From Octopus sinensis (Eukaryota): a DNA stretch of 64,000 nt. Positions 54,780 to 64,000 of the stretch are shown one piece after another. Both the position numbers and the translations under genes were made by a program. The stretch lies in the NCBI RefSeq assembly GCF_006345805.1, contig NC_042998.1:133734001-133798000 (forward strand), read 5' to 3'. Positions within the stretch are counted from its first letter, which is position 1; every line of letters begins with the position of its first letter. The notes under the pieces were generated by a model, which saw only the letters and a program-made list of their open reading frames with translations, was not told where the DNA came from and searched no databases.

Positions 54780-55266
54780 GTGTGTATGTACACACACACA
54801 CACAACGATAAATTGTGTGGGCAAACAAAAATATGAGATACTACTTAGTTGTTTTTTTTATTTTGATAAGCCTGGTACTTATCCTATCAGTTTCTTCTTG
54901 TGAAACCAGTAAGTTATGGGGATGTAAATAAACGAACAGCAGTTGTGAAGCAGTGATGAGGGTGAAATACAGAAACAAAGTCACACACATACACTTAAAT
55001 ATATACATACATATATATACGATTGATTTCTTTCAGTTTCTGTCTACAAAATCCACTGACAAGGCTTTGGTTGGTCTGAGGCTATAGCAGAAGACACATG
55101 CCAAGTCACCACACAGTGGGACTGAACTGAGGACCATGTGTTTTGGAACGAAGTTTGTTACCACACAGCCACACCTGCACCTGTGTGTGTGTTTGTATGT
55201 GTGTATGGGTGTATATATGTATGCATGTATATATGTGAATATATATGTGTACATATTACATGTACA

Positions 55267-55328
<62 letters not shown>

Positions 55329-55930
55329 TACACATATACATGTATACATATACATCTATATGTATAGAAATAAATGTATGCATATACAGCTATACACACA
55401 CGCACACACACACACATACATAGGTGCAGGTGTGGCTGTATGGTAACAAACTTCATTCCAGAACACATGGTCCTGGGTTTAAATTTAAATTTAAAATAAT
55501 AAGGGTGAGAAATTGAATATTAATTTGATTAATATGAATTGAAAACCAGTGGTGTAGCATATAAGACCATAGCGGATCTTCTAGTAAAATGGATGTCCAC
55601 TGTTAATAGTTCATCCCTCTTATATAATAGTTTGACTTTAATAGTTTCAGTATTAAAGTGAAAGTATCTGACATTACAGTAAAGAGATGTTTTTGTTTCA
55701 CTTTTAACACGTAATACTGAAATAATGGAGAAGATATGATATTGTTGTGGGCTCGCCCTAGGCAAGAAGTTAGAAGTTTTTTTCCCATGACACTACATGG
55801 ACCCTGAGTAAGGCATGTCTAAAATTTGAATGAAATTGGTTGTGTAGTTCTCAAGTTTTAGGGATTCACACAGACAGACAGGCAGACACACACACACACA
55901 CGCACACATTCTCAGTTTTATATATATAGA
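52669..55930 (-). mobile_element. Non-autonomous Helitron (Lep1/DINE-like organisation) with nested repeats
   Basis: Minus strand starts A|TCtatatatataaaac and ends ggcaacgccgggtatctctgCTAG|T; (ACAG)n near the 5' end; internal aaatttcatcaa subrepeats; terminal hairpin partly decayed. Confidence 0.6.
54541..55180 (-). mobile_element. OR/CORE-like SINE relative with ~180 bp internal duplication
   Basis: 54541-54722 repeated at 54864-55046 with few differences; head ending ~55180. Confidence 0.7.
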
Positions 55931-56439
55931 TTAAAACAGTTAGCAAAACTGTGTATATTGTAATGAAAGCAACTTTATAGCAATTTCAGTTCTATATTGT
56001 AAAGCTCAAAGTTTTCACCGCGAGTTAAGTTGTTCCAATAACTCTCAATTTTCTTCCCATTACAACCCAAGTATGCACCACTTATACTAATGTACAAGTT
56101 GTAGCAGTGACACCAGCATACTAATACTGTAATAATGATCGCACTGCCTTTGCAAATTAACCTCAACTAACATTGATAAACACCGTCCCCAAATACCACT
56201 AACAGAATTTTGGGAAGTTGACCCACGATATGTGAAATAGCTGAGAAGTATTTACCAGCTGACTCGCAGTCATCCTACATACTTTCTGCGGAATACAAGT
56301 GAGCGCAATGGTTAGCCAGCAGGGAAATATGATCAACGAATAAAATAGTAGAATTCAAAAGCATTCATTGTACCACTATATGATAATTAATTATGTGATT
56401 TGATTTAAATAAATAGCAGTAATATATTAGTTTAAAATT

Positions 56440-56582
56440 TTGGCTCAAGACCAGCAAGCTCTTGGGAACGGAGTAGGTCAGTGTAATCGAGCTCAGTGCT
56501 CAGTCGGTACTTATTTTATCGACCCCCTAGACGGAATTTGAACTCAAGACGTAAGGATGAACAAAATGTCGCTGAGCATTTT
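56440..56582 (-). mobile_element. Meta-core-like tRNA-SINE, degenerate
   Basis: ggtacttattttatcgaccc, ggaatttgaactc. Confidence 0.55.
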
Positions 56583-56644
56583 GACAAGAAAAATATTAAA
56601 ATCAATACAAACGACCAAATCTCTATGGTCAGGACAGTAATATA

Positions 56645-56990
56645 TTGAAATCAATAAAAATGACCAAGATCAGGTCAGATGCGGGGCCATACACCGTTGC
56701 AGCTCGTTGCTGCATTCACTATCTGTCGATAAAATTCCCAGGTCCTCCCTGGTGACTTGTTGAGAAAAATCCCAGTCAGTTCCTATCTGCACGAGATACC
56801 ACCTGACCTGCCGTGACCATGTAGCATGTGGTCGATCCACATGCTACATGGTCACTGTCAATTCAACCGGATCCTCACTGAAGAGAACACGGTGAGCAAG
56901 ATCTAACTCGGAAAATCGAGCAATGTGGCCAAACAGTCTGAGCTGGCACTCCTGAATCATACTAGTACTTGTAATCGTCTGTGCTTCTTC
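56645..56990 (-). mobile_element. RTE-clade LINE 3' end
   Basis: Minus frame IQECQLRLFGHIARFSELDLAHRVL..RPHATWSRQV; tgacc-type tail. Confidence 0.7.
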
Positions 56991-58404
56991 ATAAAACAAA
57001 ATATAAAAAGAATAGTAAACGGTTTATTATGAAAGCAGATGCGTGAGCAATCTGTAAAACAATAGGAAAATGGCTTATAATCCTTATTTGCGTCATCTTC
57101 GATTGCAAGTTCAACTCTTCCATACTTTACTTTTTGTTAGCATCAGTCAAGCAATCAGATCAATTTCATGGAATCGGTTACATACTCCTTCATCAAAATA
57201 GTTAATTTATTAGAAATCACTGAATTTTATCATTATCGATAATAGTTTGTTTTGACTAGACAGCACGTAAATTTTTATAAGAATACTTACTGATGTATAT
57301 TTTATTATCATCGTAGAGATGAAAGATGAACTTAGCCTATGGCATATTTTCAACTCATAACGTTTTGGGGCAGAAACTATAAATATCATCAAGCAATTAG
57401 TACGACGCACTTTACCTAAACCGTTCAATCCAAACCGAACCGGCGCTTTTAATGTTGTTGTTTCATGTCTGATGCTGGTAACAGCCAGTCTGTACGTGTT
57501 TATAGTTGGTATGTGTGTATGCGTGTGTGTGAGTGTATGCCAGTGTGTGCGTGCGTATTCGCGCCTGCATGTGAAGATAAGCGGCTTTCCCCGACAAGAA
57601 TGATTTTAATTGCTGTCATTTTTCTATATTTCAGACCAGCCCTTGACCCACAGACCAATGATCAAAGGCTTTCTAGTCATAACCATTCCGCTTATTTTGG
57701 CTTATTATTTTGTATTTTTTTCATCATAATGTATATAGGACCACATTATCCAATAAGTCATTTTTTATGACAGCAGGGAGGGATTTGAGACAGATTTGAC
57801 TGCTATTTCTAAAAGATCAAGTGATCATATAAGACGCCTTCTCATTGGCTCATTATTTTAGTATTTTTCAGATAGTTTTCTTTTTCATTGTGTTGTTTTT
57901 TCTTCTTTTTTTTCCTCCCTTTGTGTGGTGTTGTATTTTGCCTGTTGTTAATGGCTGCCGTCAAGCTTGTTACTAACTGTGTTGTATGATGATTAAGCAA
58001 GATGGAAATATCGATTCTGAAACCTGCTTAGTAAATCGATCTTTCGGCCAATAATATCCCCGCCATTATTTTCTGTATGCATATTTATGTTGTTGTTGTT
58101 GTTGGTGTTACTATTGTTAATATCATTGCTTTTGTTGTTGAAGTTGTCGTTGTCGTAGTCATCGTCGTTATCGTCGTCATCGTCGTCGTCGACGCCATTG
58201 TTGTTGTCGACGATGGAGACGGTGACGTGGATTTATGCTGTGGCTGTTGTTGTTTTATTGTTGTATTCACAGTGAGTGGAGAAAGATAGAGGACAGGGAC
58301 AAATATGCATAATTGTATGCATGTTTGTATGCACGTGTGTATGCATAAATATGTGTGTGTTTTATATACATACATACATATATATATATGTATATATATG
58401 TATG

Positions 58405-58440
<36 letters not shown>

Positions 58441-58510
58441 CATACATATGTATGATTATAAATAGATATATATGCATATGTATGTATTACATATATATAT
58501 ATACATATAT

Positions 58511-58580
<70 letters not shown>

Positions 58581-59140
58581 CATACATATATATACATACA
58601 CGCATATACATATAAACATGCGTACATATTTATGCATTTATGTACTTGTATATTTATAAAATGAAAGACAGGGGTAGTGAGAGAATATAACCGGTATTGT
58701 GTGCGTGTGTGTGTTTATCCTTGTTGTTGCTGTTGTTGCAGTTGTAATTGTTGTTTTGTTGATTTCGCTGCTGTTGTTTTTGTTGTTGAGCTGCACAAAG
58801 AAAGATATGGGAGCAAGAGACAGGTATAACACCGAGATTATTATGTGTGTATGTTTGAATATATATATATATATTTATATGTGTGCACTTATGTTTGTAT
58901 GTGCCTCGGTATGAATGCATATTGTTATTGTATTTGTGATAGTGTTGTTGTTGTTGTTGTTGGTGGTGGTGTTGTTGTTGTTGGTGGTGGTGGTGGTGGT
59001 GTTGTTGTTGTTGTTGTTGCTGCTGCTGTGAATGGAAGAGAGAAATTAACGAAGAAAGATGATTATGATGAGACACAGAAGCCATAATTGCATGTGTGCA
59101 ATTGTTTTGTTTGATTGTTTGTGTGTGTGTGTGTGTGTGT

Positions 59141-59188
<48 letters not shown>

Positions 59189-60118
59189 ATTGTGTGGTTA
59201 TGTGTATGCATGTGCTTGCGATTATCTGTAGTGCCTGGTGTCGTCGTCATCGTCATCGCGGCCGTGAATGGTTAGAAGAGAAAAAAGATAGAAAGTGATG
59301 GACGTGATATGTGTGTGTGTGTCTATAAACACACAAATATATATACATATACATATATTTGTGTATGTGTGTGCATATATATGTATGTATGTACGTATGT
59401 ATGCATTTATATATGTGTGCGTGTGTATGTGTGCGTGTGTACATAGAGAAGAGAGACAGACAAATAAATAGTAACGACATTCAAACATAACCCTCATATT
59501 ATTAAATATGAGTGTGAGAGAGTGTGTATGTGTGTGTGTGCGTGCGTGTGTGTGTGTGGTGTGTGTGTGTGTGTGCGTGCGTGTGTGTGTATGTGTGTGT
59601 GTGTCTGTGTGTGCGTGTGTGTTTTAAGTGAATGACATGGGAGAGTAGGAGAGCGTATGAGGTAATGAGATGAAAGAGTGACATGTGCGACAAGATAAAA
59701 AGGAGAAAAGGAAGAAAGAGACACAGACACACACAAACACACACACATACATACATAGACTTCTACCTTTATATGTACATGCGTGTGCCTCTGTGTGTGT
59801 GTGTGTGTGAAAGAGGGAGACGAATGGATATACAGACAGACAAATAGAATACGACCTCATAATTAAGATGTGTATGAGTGGATATTGCTGCAATGAATGA
59901 GAAAAGATAAAAGCAGGGCGATGAGGGTGAGAAAAAAAAAAAGAGAATAGCAAACAGGAAAGGAGGAGAGATAGGGGACGGACGGTGTGCGATAAACAAA
60001 GAAACTGATATGGAGACGAACAGACAGACAGACAGACAGAGATGGGGAAGGAAAATACTGAGTGATGGGAAGGATGCAGGGACTGTAAATGAGGATAAAT
60101 AATATTCTCATAATTGGA

Positions 60119-60336
60119 AGGCGGCGAGCTGGCAGAAACGTTAGCACGCCGGGCGAAATGCTTAGCGGTATTTCCTCTGATTTTACGTTCTCAGTTCAAA
60201 TTCCGACGAGGTTGACTTTACCTTTCATCCTTCTGGGCTCGATAGATTAAGTACCAGTTGCGTACTGGGGTGGATCTAATCGACTGGCCTCTTCCCCCAA
60301 AAATTTCGGGCGTTGTGCCTCGAGTAGAAAAGAATT
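60119..60336 (+). mobile_element. Meta-core-like tRNA-SINE with 14 bp target-site duplication
   Basis: TSD ttctcataattgga at 60105-60118 and 60337-60350; family head and core intact. Confidence 0.92.
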
Positions 60337-60699
60337 TTCTCATAATTGGATAGGTGTCTAATATTGCAGTCGGTATATGACGGCAAATATGGAGTAAGAG
60401 AGAGTATATGTAATGAGGGGGTGGTAGAGACGAGAGAGAGAGAGAGAGAGAGAGACAAAAGGATTCACAGTTAGACACAGAGAGATTACAAGAGAAGGTG
60501 ATGCATGAACGTAAAGAAACAGATGTGTCAAAAAGTTAGAGATAGATGATATACTAGGAGAAAAGAGAGAGTATAAAGAGAAGACACAAAGTGATAAAAA
60601 AAAAGAGAAAATACTGCCATTATTAAGAGTATACGCGTATGTGTGTGTGTGTTTGTGTAATGATATATCCAATGAGATGAACGAATAAATATGTGTGTG

Positions 60700-60756
<57 letters not shown>

Positions 60757-61620
60757 TATATACATATATATGCACATATACCCATATATATACATACAAG
60801 CATATATATATATATATATACACACACACACGCATGTGTGTATGTACGTGTACAAATGCCTGTGTGTATGTGTGTGTGTGTGTGGTGTGTGTGTGTGGAG
60901 AAATGGTGAGAAAAGAGATAGACATAGAGAAAGCGAGATGTGGGTGAGATGAGAGGATCAGAAAATCAGAGACTAGGTAGAAAAAAAAAACCTGACAAGT
61001 GAAAGATAGAAGAGATATAATACAGAGAGCCGAGAGAAATGGCAGAGAGAGAGAGAGATATATATAGAGGGAGAGAGAGAGAGAACGGATGGCATAAAAA
61101 CGGAAACGAGTGAAGTGTAGAGAGAGATGCTGGAAGGCATGGAAAAGCGAGCATGTGTATGCGTTAGAAAGCAACAAAGACGGAAGCAAATATTCTCATT
61201 ACTGGTCGCGTATTGTTGCACTGAATGGTTGCAGAGGATCGTTGAAGAGATATAAAGAAAGACTGAGAAGAAAGAGAGAGGGACTGAGAGCAAGGAAAAG
61301 GCTAAAGGAGTGAGAAGTGAGCTAGAGGAAGGGGAAAAGTGTAAAGAGAGAGGGGGATATTGCTATTAATATTAAATTGTAATGTTTGATGTGATCCTCT
61401 ATACTGATTTCTAGAATATTAAAATATTATTCCTATAAGTACTCTATGTCTGTATATGCATCAGAATATACGTATATATATGTATGTGTACATACACACA
61501 CACACATATATATATATATGTCTCATATGTATTATGTATATATGTATATATATATACTGGTATAATATGTATTATATATGCATATATGATATATATTATA
61601 CAAGTGTATATATAAATATA

Positions 61621-61651
<31 letters not shown>

Positions 61652-61935
61652 ATATAGAAATTCATATATATATATATATATGTATATGAATGTGTATGAG
61701 TGTATGTTATGTATGTATATATGTATGTATATGTGTATATGTATGCATATATGTATATGTGTGTGTGTGAATATATATGTATATATGATATATGTGCGTA
61801 TTCAAATGTATATATGTACACATGTATATACAAATATATATAAATTTATATATGAACGCATGTGTATATACATATAAACGTATGTACATGCACATATACT
61901 TGTATATACACACACACACATATATATATATTATA

Positions 61936-61966
<31 letters not shown>

Positions 61967-62501
61967 TCAAAGGTACATACATATATATTGAAACGTGAAC
62001 GTGTGTTTGTCCGTGTCTGTGTGTGTGTGTGTGTATGTATGTGTCTATTTGTGTATTAATTGTATATGTGCATATACATTGCATAGAAATTGCAGTGTAT
62101 AACTTTATGCAACAGGGGACATGTAGGACAATGCAAATGCATTTGGAATAGCAATATTAAATGTTTTTCACTTTGTTGATGCTATTTCCATTGCTTTTCC
62201 TATTTGTTATTGTTGTTGTTGTTCTTATTATTGTTATTGTTCTTATTATTATTGATGTTCTTGCTCTTGTTGTTGTTGTTATTATAACTTGAACGGCTGT
62301 GATTTCTTTTCTCTTTTTGTTACCCAATTGTTGTTACGGTGGCCGGAATTGCTGGTTTTTATTATTGTCGAATTTGTTGTCGCTGCTGCTGCTGCTGATG
62401 CCGTTGCTGATGCTGTTGTTGCTGCTACTGCAGTTAGTATTGTTGCATAGCTCTAGTTGTTCTTGCATACATTGTTTCCATTGTTGTTGTTGTTGTTGTT
62501 G

Positions 62502-62548
<47 letters not shown>

Positions 62549-63454
62549 GGTGGTGGTGGTGGTGGTGATGATGATGATGATGATGATGATGACGACGACT
62601 GCGATGACTACGGCGACGACGACGACGACGACGACAACGACGACGACGACGACGATGATGATGATGATGATGATGGTGAGGACGAGGAGGATGTCATTTT
62701 TGTTCTTGTCCTTATTGTTTTTAGCGTTAATTGTTGGAAATGCTTCAATTATTGTTGCTGCTGCTAGTGTTGTTGTTGTTGTTGTTGTTGTACCGTTGTT
62801 ACTGCAATTACTGTAATGTAGTAATTTATTTTGCTGTTAAAAGTGCTCCTATAATTGTTGTTGTTGCTGTTGTTGTGGTCGTTGGTTCTGCTACTAACGC
62901 GGCTTCTAATCATATAACTATAACATAACTATGATACGAAATACATTGGTACACATACATATCTAAACAATAGCGCGGCAAACTAAACGCTTTACAATAT
63001 ACAGTTTTCTTGTTTCTACTTTCTGGGTTCGAATTCATCTGGAATTGGTTTTGCTCTTCATTTCATAGGATGATTACACTCGAGTATATTCTGAGTTCAA
63101 ATCCCACTGATTTTGGTGTGAATTTTGCCTTGTATTAGAATCAGTCTAATACATAATTACTTGATATGTTGTAAAAGAAGGCGGAAAATTGAAGCAGCTA
63201 AGAGGTTTCCTTAAAAATATTTAAGTTTATGTCAACTTATGAAGAAAATATAGCGACTGAATGTACTGCAATAACTTAGAGCGTCGGACAAAATAGCTTA
63301 CGGAATTTATTTCTGCTCTTTTTTTTGTCTTGAGTTCATATTTTGACGAAGTTAACAAATTAAAGTACTCATAGAATACTGGGGTTGATACAATCCGCTA
63401 TTGCCCTTCTTTAAATTTTTGTCTTAGTACCTATAATAGAAATTACTGTTGTTG

Positions 63455-64000
63455 TTATTGTTGTTAAGTGAGAAAGCAACTCGCGCCGTCAAAGTGACAC
63501 TGAACTACAAATTTTGGAAGCCCAGTATACATACCATGACTACCTGTCTGATAAGGGTACACCAGGTACATGCATCACAACCATATGTGCGCGACATAGT
63601 GATCTCATATCAAGATAAACAATGCATGACCCTGCATTTGGAGTCCAGTTAGAATTTTCTTCACGTTGAGTAGCCCATCCGGCTCAAAATGTACCTGAAT
63701 AGGGTTGTTTACGAATGATGAACGAAGCATCTGTGTTTCAAGAGGTGAATTGTGCAAACCCCAAAGAATTCCTCTAAACACAAGGATCTGATGCTCCCCC
63801 ACTAGTCCTGCTCGAAATCAGCGATGCACATGTCATCGGTCACTAAGTGACACACTCAACTGGCTAGGGTCAAGCAACTGACAAGCAAATCTGTGGTATT
63901 GAGCAGAATATTTGCTGTAGCCCATCTTTTATACCAAGACAAATCAATGTACGTGATAACACTTCCAATCAGTTAAGATCAGAAGCCATGAAAGCCACTG
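63455..64000 (-). mobile_element. Unclassified ~520 bp interspersed repeat, copy 2
   Basis: Reverse complement of 11863-12385. Confidence 0.8.

Noticed and set aside
57465-57850. Possible first exon MSDAGNSQSVRVYS with a gtatgt donor, and a nearby TTTTATGACAG Hox/Meis-like site
   Set aside because: No homology recognised, and the adjacent 57775-57850 matches an old repeat also seen at ~17965-18025.

Overview
Repeat-saturated, AT-rich eukaryotic DNA with no recognisable host exon. The microsatellite density and SINE types suggest an octopus or other coleoid cephalopod genome (inference). The centrepiece is an ~8.4 kb Penelope-like retroelement (PLE) locus at 41.2-49.6 kb. It has a frameshifted RT plus C-terminal GIY-YIG ORF, ~1.2 kb inverted arms each carrying a minimal hammerhead ribozyme (HHR), a ~1 kb tandem duplication, and an internal block that differs from its paralogues almost only by strand-polarised transitions. 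A tRNA-headed SINE-like element at 20.2-20.5 kb also carries a hammerhead. The rest comprises decayed Tx1/L1, R4/Dong, CR1 and RTE LINE fragments (several embedded in specific microsatellites), two fold-back mariner derivatives, a non-autonomous Helitron, three tRNA-SINE families and many simple repeats. Most ORFs in the supplied track are microsatellite translations. All alignments, folds and clade calls were made by eye; boundaries are approximate unless a junction is quoted.
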